From positions 37,262,001 through 37,326,000 of the forward strand of contig OZ024755.1 of assembly GCA_964016885.1 (NCBI GenBank): a stretch of 64,000 nucleotides of DNA, read 5' to 3'. The stretch is from Eledone cirrhosa (lineage: Eukaryota). Below, piece after piece: positions 50,336 to 64,000 of the stretch. The position numbers and the translations under genes are program-made. Under the pieces are notes generated by a model. It was given only the letters and a program-made list of their open reading frames with translations. It made no database searches and was not told the origin of the DNA. The first letter of the stretch is position 1, and the number at the start of each line of letters is the position of its first letter.

Positions 50336-50710
50336 TACATTACTGGTACTTTATTTTATCGATGCCGTAAGGAAGAAAGGCAAAGTAAATTTCGGCGGGA
50401 TTGGAACTGAAAGAGTATAAGGCCTTAATTCTATACCACAAATCATGTTGTCAGACGATCTACCAATCCCCCGCCTTATAGTTACTAATTATAATAATAT
50501 CGAAAAAAAATGTAAAATGTAAAAATAATTGTTTCTACTTTTGGCACAAGGCCAGCAATAACCCAGTAGATTACTGGTACTTTATTTTATCGACCCCATA
50601 AAGATGAAAGGCAAAGTTAACCTCGGCGGGATTTGAACGGCAAGGGCCGTAACTCTATGCGTCAAAGCATGGCGTCCAACCCTCTACCGATACTGCCAAT
50701 TCACCGCCCT
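50336..50710 (-). mobile_element. Two SINE family 1 copies
   Basis: About 50336-50476 (diverged) and 50528-50710. Confidence 0.82.
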
Positions 50711-51814
50711 TGTAAAATGTAAAAATAATGAACTACCTACACATAAGTGAGAAGCTGTTTCCTGGATTGATTAGGGTTTCCTTATAAATAACTCATGAAC
50801 TTATTTCCTAGAGAACTAGTTTCCGTTGATAAATTAAAGGGAAAATATTCTGACTTCAAATATTTGAAATGTTTGATATATAATACGATTCACAAATACG
50901 ACTTAAGAGTTACATAATACCACCAATATATTTTAATTTAGAAATCAATTGATTGAACACTTTATTTAAATTTTGACTTTAGTTTTATCACATTTCTTTT
51001 ATCACATTTCTTTCTTTTTTTTTTTGTAAATTTTTATTTAAAAAGATTTTAGCATGAAAGAAATCCACTGGTTTCATGAATTCTATCCTCCATATTCTAG
51101 TAAACTCTCGTTTATTTTCCTACCATCAAACACATGTGCTCGTCATAAAAAACCTGAGGAACAGAAAAACCAGAAACCAGCAGTGAAACATGAAGTGAGG
51201 CATTTCGAGATGTGTATTAGTAAACAATATAAAAATAAATATATATATATGTGTGTGTGTATATATATATGTTAGGGAGAGATGACCCCTTAGCCTTTGT
51301 CAAGGCAGAATTCTAGGAGAAGGAAAACTGTGATATAACACCTGCAACCCTGATGGTATCCAATGATGTTGACTTGTTCTTCTTTTTGGTAAATTTCATC
51401 TTGGTTAAGAGAGTGGGACTGGCTTTGTGCAGTGCCTTTGCTCACTATAAAAGCTTCACGGCACAGGCATTGCTTTATATCTGGAGATCTCTCTGCACTT
51501 GTCATCACATGGTACCATGGGCCCAGCACTATGTGTCAATAATTGTCACAGGTGTAGTGTTTGTACCAGAATTTTCAAGTCGCTGGCTGGACTAAAAAGT
51601 CACACCCGTTCAGCGCATCGGTAGGGGTTTTCCTACATGGATATAAAGTAGTGGCCGTACTCGAAAACGAGTTGGCAGCCACCATATATATATGTATGTA
51701 TATATGTATATGCATATACATATTTGTATATATATGTATGTATAAATATAGATACATATGTGTATATATATATTTATATATATATATCTATGTATATATA
51801 TGTATATATATATG

Positions 51815-52457
51815 TATGAAAAAAGTTTGTCCTTCATCAGTGATCTTCCAACTATCATAGGTATTTCATCGCTTTAAAGACCATATACCTCCGGTTGGTG
51901 CGAGCAACGGCTAAAAAAAGTCGTTGGGACACGTAAATAAAGGGGACACGAGGGTAAACAAACAAAATGGTGAGGCAACAGAAAGTGAGGAAGAAGGAGA
52001 CAAGTCCCAGATTTCTATGAATTTAAGTTCGGTGAAATCGTGAACGAGAGAATAAAGACCATCAAACCTGGTTGAAATGTGAGCAAGGAAGGAATTTCGC
52101 ACAGGTCTAACGGGAGGAAGAAGGGGTCTGGTCTGCGAATTCGGTAAACATAAGTTCTGTGAAAACGTAGACGAGAGAGAAAAAATTCTGACCAGCTTGG
52201 CCGAGAATGTGAGAGAAAAGAGTTACTCACAGGTGAAACGGGAAGAAAGAGGAGGAGGAGGAGAGGTAGTGACAGAGAATGAGTGAGTGAAGGGTGAGGT
52301 GAGGAAGAGGCTAACAGAGAGAGAGAGACTGCTAGAAAGGGTAAAGATACATAGAACGAAAAAGACGGCGTAGCAGCAGAGGAAAAAATATGTGTAAATA
52401 TGATAATAAGGGCGCTGCGGAGTTGCAAATGGGTTACATATGAAAAAAGTTTGTCCT
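51815..52457. mobile_element. Second copy of the ~630-bp terminal-direct-repeat element in (TA)n
   Basis: TATGAAAAAAGTTTGTCCT at 51815 and 52439; colinear with 22331-23005. Confidence 0.8.
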
Positions 52458-52840
52458 ATATATGTATATATATATATATGTATATATATTTATATATATA
52501 TGTTTATATATATGTATATATTATATATATATTTATATATATGTATATATTATATATATATATATATGTTTATATATATGTATATATGTATGTATATATG
52601 TATATATATATTATATATATGTATAAATTATATATATATATATTTATATATATATACGATATTAAACAAATGGAAACTATATTTATAAAACCATATTTAT
52701 TTCATTATACATATTTCAGGGATACCATATTAAAAATATGGCATGCCTTCGTATATCTACTCCAAAACTTGTCGAGTGCTTTATATCAGTTATAAAATAT
52801 TTACTTGTTGTAACCCAACAATTTTAAATAAAACTTTTGC

Positions 52841-52878
<38 letters not shown>

Positions 52879-52934
52879 TATGAAATACTGTTGGCTCGTG
52901 CTCACATTAATTTCTATATTTTCATTTATATATT

Positions 52935-53017
<83 letters not shown>

Positions 53018-53419
53018 CTTTGTAGATGCTTTTTTGTTTTACATAACAGTATACAGAACAGTTGAATTGACGTCGTGACAGAAATACTGTATAGAAAAAA
53101 AATAATGATCATTTTATCTGCTAGAAATAGGAGTCAAATATCCCAGCAATTACACTGTAATGTCTTCAACAAAAGAGTAAAAACGGTGGATTATGTTGTC
53201 CTAAATGAAACACACTAAAAGGAGACAATGGTTACGATGGAAACTCCTTAGATTTTATGTCTGCTTAATCAGGATTAAGTCGCAGCTAAATAGCAAAAAG
53301 GCTTTTTTGATTTAGGCACAATGTCAGCCATTTTGGGTGAGGAGAAAGTCGATTAAACCAACCATAATACCTTAGTGGCACTTTAGCTTATCGACCTCGT
53401 GAAAAAAAAAAAATGTGAA

Positions 53420-53552
53420 GTCGTGCGGCTGAGTGGTTAGAGAATTGGATTCACAATCTTGAGGTTGTGAGTTCGATTCCTGGACCGGGAAATGCGTTAT
53501 GTCCTTGAGCAAGACACTTTATTTTCACGTTGCTCCTTCTACCTGGAGTTGC
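53420..53552 (+). mobile_element. tRNA-derived SINE family 2
   Basis: GGCTGAGTGGTTAG...GAGTTCGATTCC...GTCCTTGAGCAAGACACTT. Confidence 0.78.
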
Positions 53553-53999
53553 GACCGATAGATAGTATTAGCAATTAGAAATACCGACGAAAACATTGTT
53601 TCCTCGGTCCGATTTGACGAAAGTCGGTCGTTCCTTTATTTAAGGAAAATATGGCAAAACTACCCTTGACAGGATTTGAATTGAAACGTTGTTAGTTATT
53701 TTATCGACAACAATCACAAATATTTAGTTCAAAGTCTTTAGCGCGATTTGAACTTAATAGATTCAGCAGAACAGCAAAAACCGATTTATGTCAGTCGTCT
53801 TACGAAGATACATGAGATTTTGTAATATACCATAATTAGTAGGTTGCAGTCACAGTGGAATTGAGCCATGCTCTTCAATGTCATTTTATTGACTCGCTAT
53901 TAAGAGAGTTTCAGGTCAACTTTACTTTTCATCCTCTATAAAAAATGTGTACCAGTCTACTACTGGTATCGATTCTTCCCCTGTCTCTATTTCTCAGCC

Positions 54000-54402
54000 C
54001 TCTCTCTCACTTTCTCGTGCTCTCTTTCTCTCTTACTTTCTCGTGCTCTCTCTCTCTCTCTTACTTTCTCGTGCTCTCTCTCTCGCTCACTTTCTCGTGC
54101 TCTCTCTCTCTCTCACTTTCTCGTGCTCTCTCTCTCTCACTTTCTCGTGCTCTCTCTCTCTCTCTCTCTCTCTCTCACTTTCTCGTGCTCTCTCACTCTC
54201 TCTCACTTTCGTGCTCTCTCTCTCTCTCACTTTCACGCGCTCTCTTTCTCGTGCTCTCTCTCTCTCTCTTTTACTTTCTCGTGCTCTCTCTCTCACTTTC
54301 TTGTGCTCTCCCTCTCTCTCTCTCCCACTTTCTCGTGCTCTCTCTCGCATCACTCTCTCTCTCACTTACTCTCTCGCGCTCTCTCACTTTCTTTCCTTCT
54401 CT
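54000..54402. repeat. (CT)n minisatellite with CACTTTCTCGTG core
   Basis: Direct inspection. Confidence 0.93.
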
Positions 54403-54599
54403 GGAAGAAATTTACCGTGTTCAGACTTGGAGAGGAGGAGGAGGGCTGCACCTGGCTTTAAATGGCCAAGAAGCGCGGTATGTCATTGCGTGGAACTTAT
54501 GACCTCACCAGAATTTACAGGATGAAGAAGAAGAATTAAGGCATTGAAACGCTGCCCTTGTCAGCGGCAGATGCTCCACGTCTCAACCCCTTATGTCAT

Positions 54600-55490
54600 A
54601 AGGGGTCGGCAATTTCTTGGCCTCCACGGGCCGGATCGAATATTAATGACGGATAGCGGGCAGGACGAAGGCCATAAAAGAATAATTATGGAAAATTACA
54701 CAAACTAAAATTTAATTACGAGTGTTAATTATACTTTACAATAATTTGTATCAACCCCAGATGAATGGAGTAATGGAGAAACATCAGTTATTCAATTGAA
54801 GACATCGTTGGAATCATTTGTTTAACAAATCTTTAAAATACATAACACAATTTTTAATTGTGTTTTTGCTGTCAAAGAGTTCACATCCGGTTGGTGGTGG
54901 ACATTAGGTGGTGGTGGACATTAGGTGGAGTGAATCAGTGGTGGTGGACATTAGGTGGAGTGAATCAGTGGTGGTGGACATTAGGTGGAGTGAATCAGTG
55001 GTGGTGGACATTAGGTGGAGTGAATCAGTGGTGGTGGACATTAGGTGGAGTGAATCAGTGGTGGTGGAGATTAGGTGGAGTGAATCAGTGGTGGTGGACA
55101 TTAGGTGGAGTGAATCAGTGGTGGTGGACATTAGGTGGAGTGAATCAGTGGTGGTATGGTGGACATTAGGTGGAGTGAATCAGTGGTGGTGTGGTGGACA
55201 TTAGGTGGAGTGAATCAGTGGTGGTGTGGTGGAGATTAGGTGGAGTGAATCAGTGATGGTGGACATTAGGTGGAGTGAATCAGTGGTGGTGGACATTAGG
55301 TGGAGTGAATCAGAAGATTTGTGGAAGAATGTAACAGCAGGCCCTTTACTGTATTCGAAAGTCTCGTCTCTCATATTACAATAAATTTTAATTTTAAATA
55401 AACAACTCATTGGGCATCAGTTCTCGCGGGCCGCTCAAAATCCCTTCGCGGACCAGATCCGGTCCGCAGGCCTAAGGTTGCCGATAGTAT
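54600..55490. mobile_element. Degenerate hAT-like non-autonomous element containing a minisatellite
   Basis: Left end AGGGGTCGGCAA...CGGGCCGGATC; right end GCGGGCCGC...GATCCGGTCCGC...GTTGCCGA; TSD not resolved. Confidence 0.55.
54893..55313. repeat. 30-bp minisatellite TGGTGGTGGACATTAGGTGGAGTGAATCAG
   Basis: About 13 tandem units. Confidence 0.96.
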
Positions 55491-56550
55491 ATAGTAGCAT
55501 GCCATAAGGCTTATGGGTTGCTACTACATACTATATGTTCCTATATACTGCACTCAAATTCTACGTCAGCTGCATGCTGTCACAGCAAACTCTCTTTGTC
55601 CTGGTGAAGATTGTGGCCACTTTGCTGACCTATCTGTTGATCTCATAGTCTAAGGAGAGTCAATCCATGAAGGTTAAGACAAAGAATGTAGATCTAGTTC
55701 ATAATTGTTGGTGATAATTAGAACAGAGCTCTATGCTTTGATCGAAAAGTTCCTCTTTAGAATGTGCTATCAGCTTTATGTCTTTTCCAAGATTATCGCT
55801 AAGTACCTTAGATTTTTCCTCCCAGCGGGAGAGTTAAAAAACTTCAGGTCAGATCTGTAGTGTTGAATTGGTACTTATACTAAAGCCGTACTTATACTAA
55901 AGCCGTACTTATACTAAATTCGTACTTATACTAAGGCCGTGGCTTTAGTATAAATACGAAGGAATTTCTGAACAGGATAACCAAACGTGTGGTTAATAAA
56001 GAAGAAATGCAGTAAGTAGGTTTGCTAATTTTTTCAATGTAGTACAAAATCTTTTTTCATAAGCTGTTATGTCATTCCAATATCAGATAATTTGGTATTG
56101 GAATAACATCCAAGCTGTATCACTATTCCGATAACGTTTACAAAATATGTCTACATCTTCCAATTTCCTATAAGCAATCAATACATATGCATGTTGTGTG
56201 TGATACAGTTATATATGTATACATTCAAAATAGATATAACTGAGACCTGGTAAATGTGTATAAAAATTTACATAATTTTAATATACAGACAAATAAACAT
56301 GTCAAATATATGTTTATCTGTAAAGAGAAAAATCGATAGATACATTTAACTGGTTGTCCACCCCTGTTGGACTTTCGTCAGAAGGTATGTACAACCACAA
56401 GGGAAGACATAAATGGCGGTGGTGGTGGTGGGGAGCTTATATAGCCTATCTCTTCAAGTAGTATCCTAAAATGGACGCACTAATTTGCATATCATTAGCG
56501 TTCATGTTGGTAGTTTTATATTAAATTGTCCGCTAAACAGGGTGTGTGTG

Positions 56551-56608
<58 letters not shown>

Positions 56609-56609
<1 letters not shown>

Positions 56610-57148
56610 TAGCCGAATTACCCGCGCCTTGCTGCGTTTCACACATTTTTTTTTTGTAAGAAAATGATGATTGATTTTAAATGTTAAAAAAGTAAAGGCA
56701 TTAACTAATAATTTTTGTTGTCAGAATTCTAGTGATGTTTTGCCATAGATAAAATTTCTAAATTAGCCAAATTTTACTATAAGAGAGGTTCTTTTTTGTT
56801 GATTTTCGTTTAAATAATAGACAAACCCCGTGATAATAGAGGTTCCAATACTCAAGTTATGGGCTTCCAAAATTATCACTATAGGGGGTTTAACCCCATT
56901 AGGGTGTCTTAATATTATTGAAATTTGTGAATAGGCATCATATCTATGGTTTAAATTTCATATAAAGCGAAGGGAAAACATTTTCAGCGGGGTTTGTGCC
57001 CCCTGGGAACCCTTTGATTAAAATGAAATATACTTATCCAAGTACCCTGGGCAATGTAGTTTCAGAATATATATGGTTATGGGGGGGGGGGGTCTATCTC
57101 CAAAACCATAGGAGGAGTTCGTGAACAAACAAACTTTATATACATAGA
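56609..57148 (-). mobile_element. Non-autonomous Helitron (second family)
   Basis: Minus strand A|TCTATGTATATAAAG ... CGCAGCAAGGCGCG hairpin ... CTAG|T. Confidence 0.72.
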
Positions 57149-57349
57149 TTACATTCAAAGTAAAGATGTCATGGGTGATAGAAAATCAAACATATGTCTT
57201 GTCTCAAAAAACAGCTCAAGATAGAATTCAGAGAATAAAATAGAGCCTTAATCATTATAAGAAAGTGAATGAAATATATTCATACACAGATAAGTGTGCA
57301 TTGAGATATATCAAAACTAGAGACAATCTGCTTCAGCTGTTAGATACGG

Positions 57350-58615
57350 CGGGTGAAAGAGGCTTGGTGTGGCACCGAATGACAGGAAGACTCTTTGGTT
57401 CAATCAACAGGTCAAGAATGCCATCCGAGCAAAGAAGGAGGCTTACAAAGCTTGGTTTGGAAACACGTCCTTCTTACACTTGCAGTACAAGCAGGCACGA
57501 AGAATCGCAGCAGAGACAGTAAAGGTATCCAAAGTTAAGACATGGCAGGACTTTGGCAGACCATCCACCGACTTCGTAATAAGAAGCCAACACACACCTA
57601 TCAAGAAAGTGTCTGGAGTTCTCCTCTCTTCAGAGAAGTGTATCGGTGGAGAGAATACTTTGTTGATCTCCTAAACCCGATCACAACAGCATCTTAAGGT
57701 GTACACGAGGTTCATCTAAGAGCCGTGACTAATCTCCCAGAGGCTGAGGTCGCAAGAGCAGTCAAATGTGGAAAAGGTTTTGGTGAAGATGAAATCCGCC
57801 CCGGGATGTTAAAAGCCTTAAATAGAGAAGGTATTCTCTGGCTGACTCATGTGTGCCAGGTGGCCTGGATCTCTGGAAGACCAGTTAAGCAATGACAATG
57901 GGGAGTGATAATCCCAATATTCAAAAAGAGAGACAAGAGAGATTGTTCTAATTACAGAGGGATCTCCTTGTTAAGCCTCCCTGGTAAAGTCTATGGTAAG
58001 AGATGCAGGGAGATGGTCAAGTGTAAGCTAGTTGGTGGACAGTGTTGTTTTTCACCCTGGACGCAGCACAGTCAACCAAATATTCACACTGCGGCAGGTA
58101 TTCCAGCAGTAGCTTCAGCATTCAGTAATCAGAATAAGGGAGGTAGGCATAACAGCCTAACTCTCTGTCTTTAATTCGGTTTTCGTGCCAATATTTATCT
58201 ATGATCATGTATCTTGGGTAATGACCAAAAGAATACGAGCAGCCGAAATGGGATTCCTCCGAAGGGTCTTTGGAGTAACGTTGCTCTCAAAGTACATAGC
58301 TCGGATATCAGGGAGTCACTCCAGGTAGAGCTGCTACTTTTCTGAATTGAGAGATCACAGCTCCGATACTACAGGCATGTGTTAAGAATGTCTCAGGAAA
58401 GAATGGCTAGACAGATTTTACGGGCAAAACCAACACGTAGGAGACCCTTGGGGTAGACCCAGAGCAACATGGTTGGGTAACATCCATGTGCTTGGCTGGT
58501 CACGTTTGAGGAACTAACCGGATCAGCTGGGGGATGGTTGCTTCTGACCTGATGGAAGGAGTGTTTAAGAACTCTGCCCCTCCCCCCGCCCCATCAGGAA
58601 TAAATCGGCGAAGAA
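57350..58615 (+). mobile_element. Decayed RTE LINE with internal deletions
   Basis: WFNQQVKNAIRAKKEAYKAW, GEDEIRPGMLK, IIPIFKKRDKRDCSNYRGISLLSLPGKVY, AAEMGFLRR; many stops and frameshifts. Confidence 0.88.
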
Positions 58616-59454
58616 GATATATATATGTGTATATATGTATGCATGATGATAGGAAACTCTCAGGGAAACTGGACACCAGCAGGTCTTCAGAGAATAACAC
58701 CCATCCCCTCATTCAAGTGTTTCCTCCCTTAACTTCATACACTGTAAGAGGGCGGGACCCCTTCCAGCCCATGACATTGAGTCATTCGGAAATCAGAGCC
58801 ATGTCGTGTATTTATAGGTATGGAGATTTTGTTGACAAGTTTTAGCTGGAATTCCCTATCGTTGTCTCTGCTTTCAAACTTATATTTAAACACTTTATTG
58901 AATTGAGAAAATAGCAATGGTAGTCATGGTAGCGGTCAGACGGTAACAGTAACGCCGGCGCAAACATTATAAACCACGACTGACTCAGAGTTACTTCCCT
59001 TAGAGTATGTTAAAATACAAATACATTGCCTCTCGTGTTGTATGGAGATCGTTTTTGTACCTCCTCGATCAAATCCAGCTGGAAATCCTTTCGCTGCGTC
59101 TGATACTGCCTTAAGGGCTTTGGTTCTTGTCTTCCCATAGAATTAAAGTTGTTTCATGTGATTGTAGGCAGATTTGCTCACAAATCCTTTGTCTCCAGCC
59201 TCTAGGGCGAGACCTTTGACTCGGAAGTCGGCTACCCTCAGGCTGTTGGCTAAATTGGCGCATTTTTCGGTCTAAACTTAAAATTGGAGGAAGAGAGTGT
59301 TCCCCATATAAGGTTATAATACTTGCTCTGGAAGTCAAGTTGACTGTCAGATATTCTTACGATCAATATATACATATGCAAATATAGATACATCTACGTG
59401 CACCAACACACACACACACATATATATATAATGATATATTACCTCCCCCACCAC

Positions 59455-60650
<1,196 letters not shown>

Positions 60651-61072
60651 ATACATAATGAGAGATAATGTCATGTAATCTCGGATATACCTGGAACGGT
60701 AGATTATCGTTTTATATCCCACTTCTGTGTAATTACATTTCTAAATTTACACGATGCAATTAATAATTAATTCGACTTTGTTAAATGACAAGAAATCGAT
60801 TTTTTAAAGGGTAGCAACGTTGTCAAATTGTTTGAACATCGGATAAAATGCGCTCAATTCATAACCATTTCAAGATTGATAAAGAAATCTACTAGACTAG
60901 AACTGAGCTTGATTCTTCTTCTTCTTTTCCTCCCCCTCTTCCTCCATCTTCCTCCATCTTCTTGGAGCATGGTGCGACGAGAGATCTCCATCCAGAGTGA
61001 TCGTAAATCCTGTCACTATCTTGCTCCTTGGTCAGGTCAACCCCGGCCATGGCTCCCCTCCTCTCTCTCGTT

Positions 61073-61333
61073 CTGCATATCTTGCTACGTGTACGTAAAA
61101 GGAGAGTAAGATTTGCAGGCCACTGTCATCGTGTCATCTACGAGGCCGTGTCACCATTAGTGCTCTAGAAACCACAAGCAGTCACTAATAACAGGGGACG
61201 CAAGCTCTCCTACTCCCATGTCATCTCCAGAGATTCTGGTATTCAAATCCAGGATTTGGCAACGTCAATAAACGACAGACCCACGTGGAGATCAATTGTT
61301 GAGTCTATTTCGGCTGAGGCCACCGGATAATGA
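61073..61333 (+). mobile_element. RTE LINE 3' fragment (10213 family) with a single, unduplicated unit
   Basis: GTACGTAAAAGGAGAGTAAGATTTGCAGGCCACTG...GTCATCTCCAGAGATTCTGG. Confidence 0.88.
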
Positions 61334-61464
61334 CAGCGCCTTGCAGACGCCAACAGGAGTTATCGGGACATACATACAATAACACGGTATGTGTGTATAC
61401 CGTGTTATGCTTCCTAACTCATAACCTCATGTAATGATTTAGCAGAAAATATCTAACTGTGGGC

Positions 61465-61850
61465 TTGCAGTATTGGTAGAGGGTCGGACGCCATGCTTTG
61501 ACGCATAGAGTTACGGCCCTTGCCATTCTGAGTTCAAATCCCGCCGAGGTTAACTTTGCCTTTCATCCTTACGGGGTCGATAAAATAAAGTACCAGTAAT
61601 GCACTGGATAATTGCTGGCCTTGTGCCAAATGTAGAAACAATTATATTTACTAGTTTGGAGCGGCGGATTAGCAGTATCCGTAGAGGGTCGGACGACATG
61701 TTCTACAGCATAGAGTTACGGACCTTTATGATCTGAGTTCAAATCCAGCCGAAGTTAACTCTACCTTTCATCTTTACGGGGTCGACAAAATTAAGTACCA
61801 GTAATACACTAGGTAATTGCTGGCCTTGTGCCAAAAGCAGAAACTATTAT
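61465..61850 (+). mobile_element. Two tandem SINE family 1 copies
   Basis: 61465-61645 and 61662-61850 match the consensus. Confidence 0.9.
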
Positions 61851-62463
61851 TTTTGCTCGTAACAGAGAATGTTGTGACAATTTGCAGTATTAGGGTAAAA
61901 AATTAATATTTAGTGTAACGTAATTCAAACATAGTGCTGTTTTTTTAGATTTCAAGAACTCATAACACAATACTGCTGTAAAATTCTCCTTTTTATGTAT
62001 AAAACTTCCTTATCTTCTATGCAACTAGGAACCGATCTAGAACCTCTTACTAAAAGACAAACCTCAGAACCAAATTTCTACCCGAGACTCAGACCTGATA
62101 TTCCTTAATCTCGATCCCATCTTTCCTTTTTCAGGTTACCCTCCAAAAGCTGAGAATGCTTCCTGCACATATGTAGGCCGCACTGCTCTCAATACTGGCT
62201 TTGATCAGTTCACTGAAATAACCCCTTCTATATTTATATGTTTCCCCTTCCACTCTTCGTCCATTCATATTGTTTGACTGGAGGGGCGAGAGAGAGAGTG
62301 AAGTTCGGCGCTTCCGAGTTCGGACACATGGCACCTGTCAAGAGTGTATTTTCATGATTAATATATATATATGTATGTAAAAGGTAAACAGAAATAACAA
62401 CACAATCGGTAGAGTATATGAAAGGTATATATTAGGTTCACGCTTGATATAGCAGGAAGAGGG

Positions 62464-62499
62464 TCTTAACGTTTCGGACGCTAGTCCTTCATCAGAAGA
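62464..62499 (-). ncRNA. Minimal type-I hammerhead ribozyme (family A)
   Basis: Exact reverse complement of 42834-42869, inside a repeat (about 62376-62531) flanked by TA tracts. Confidence 0.85.
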
Positions 62500-62527
62500 A
62501 AGAATGAGAAATAAGACAGATTGAGAG

Positions 62528-62579
<52 letters not shown>

Positions 62580-63127
62580 CAAGTATGTTTTGAAACACCT
62601 AATCAAGTTGTAGAAATACTAAATGAGGTTTAGAATAAAGCAGCATTGCAGTTCAGATTTGTATAAATGATTTCTTTACTTTTTATGTATAAATGGCACC
62701 ATTTCATACATGGTTAGACACTACACTTAGAAATGAACGTACACGTAGTTAATGGTAACACAGACACGTGCACCATAACATAGTTCTCAAGGTGATACAG
62801 AGTGATACAGTGTGTGATAAGGTCATTCCTTTGATTTAAATTACAACATACTTTTTCCAGTTGAGTGGACTAGAGAACCCTGAAATAAAGTTCCATGCTG
62901 AAGGACACTCAGCTGGAAAGAAATGCGTTGCACACATAATTCAAAGGGTCAACCTTCTCCCACATTGCGTCACGCTGAATATCCTCGAGAACTGCGTTAA
63001 GTATACACGTGTCTGTGAAATACTGTCATTTGCACGTTAATTTTATGAGCTAGAGTTCCGTTGTTCGAAAAACCTTAAACACTCGTCTTCGAAACCGACG
63101 GAGGTCCAACGAACACATATTCTAAAC

Positions 63128-63398
63128 CAGTCATGGGCAACCTGCAGCCCGCAAAGCTCTCTGGATGACTCACCTAAGTCACCTGAGTGAAATCTTTCTG
63201 ATTTTTTTACCCCAACTTTTCAGTTGTAATTTACTTTTCTATCATTTTTACGATCGAGGAAAACAACGTGTAGGAATTCTGAAGAAACAAATCAAAACAA
63301 CTTGAGTTACCGCCCTTTTTTTTAATGTGGGCACGAATGTAAATTAGCGCTTGCGGCCCGCCTGATGATAAGCCATATCTCATGCGGCCCGCTTCTCG
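63128..63398. mobile_element. hAT MITE copy lacking the right TIR
   Basis: Colinear with 41868-42138; flanks TTCTAAAC / ATCTAAAC. Confidence 0.85.
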
Positions 63399-63689
63399 AT
63401 CTAAACAAATAGGTTGAGTTGATACGTTTCTCTGAAATGTCTACCCTAAGAACAAGGAATTGTATATCACTTGAACACGTAATGTCACAGTTGGTTCCTT
63501 TCTTCTTATGGAATGGTATGGACACGTGACTCATTATAAAGTCGTAGGGACGCCATATTCACATATGGCGTTTCTAGGGCATTTTAAAACCTGGCGGAGC
63601 CCATCCCTCTCCAGGCCCGAATACAGTAGATTTCTTCCAGAGAAAGATAGAAAGTGAGAGAAATGAAGTAAGAAAGAGATATAGAGGAA

Positions 63690-64000
63690 GGATCGGCCCC
63701 AGTACTAGATCTCCCCAGATTCCGGGAGGGATGGACCCCAGTACTAGATCTCCCCAGATTCCGGGAGGGATCGACCCCAGTACTAGATCTCTCCAGATTC
63801 CGGGAGGGATGGACCCCAGTACTAGATCTCCCCAGATTCCGGGAGGGATCGACCCCAGTACTAGATCTCTCCAGATTCCGGGAGGGATGGACCCCAGTAC
63901 TAGATCTCCCCAGATTCCGGGAGGGATCGGCCCCAGTACTAGATCTCCCCAGATTCCGGGAGGGATGGACCCCAGTACTAGATCTCCCCAGATTCCGGGA
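63690..64000. repeat. 39-bp minisatellite CCCCAGTACTAGATCTCCCCAGATTCCGGGAGGGAT(G/C)GA, running off the window end
   Basis: About 8 units with alternating GATGG/GATCG variants. Confidence 0.96.

Noticed and set aside
58640-59340. Possible host exons (moderately GC-rich unique sequence; also 31650-32340, 33600-33800, 51300-51690, 62131-62334)
   Set aside because: No recognisable domain or consistent splice and phase structure; 62281-62355 is a CRE-like 3'UTR. Small exons cannot be excluded without RNA-seq.

Overview
AT-rich, microsatellite-saturated eukaryotic DNA, essentially all repeats. The SINE/RTE/Penelope repertoire suggests an invertebrate, probably an octopus-type cephalopod (inference only). 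No host protein-coding gene or CRISPR array can be supported. Main content: (1) a nearly intact 5.6 kb Tx1/L1-clade non-LTR retrotransposon (ORF1 with CCHC knuckle; ORF2 APE-RT-zinc knuckle with one 1-nt frameshift) inserted in a (GACA)n tract, and two truncated copies of a sister family, both inserted in (GATA)n tracts, which suggests tetranucleotide-microsatellite-targeting elements with diverged specificity; (2) about a dozen type-I hammerhead-ribozyme-like motifs from several distinct Penelope-like/retrozyme families, mostly next to (TA)n tracts and often in inverted pairs, some with long structured stem-II inserts or non-canonical cores, plus a Penelope GIY-YIG endonuclease relic; (3) many tRNA-derived SINEs, RTE and CRE LINE 3' fragments, non-autonomous Helitrons, hAT/mariner-like MITEs, fold-back elements and minisatellites, several of them born inside TEs. 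Coordinates were counted by eye, so boundaries of degenerate repeats are approximate. All ribozyme calls are structural predictions, not demonstrated activity.
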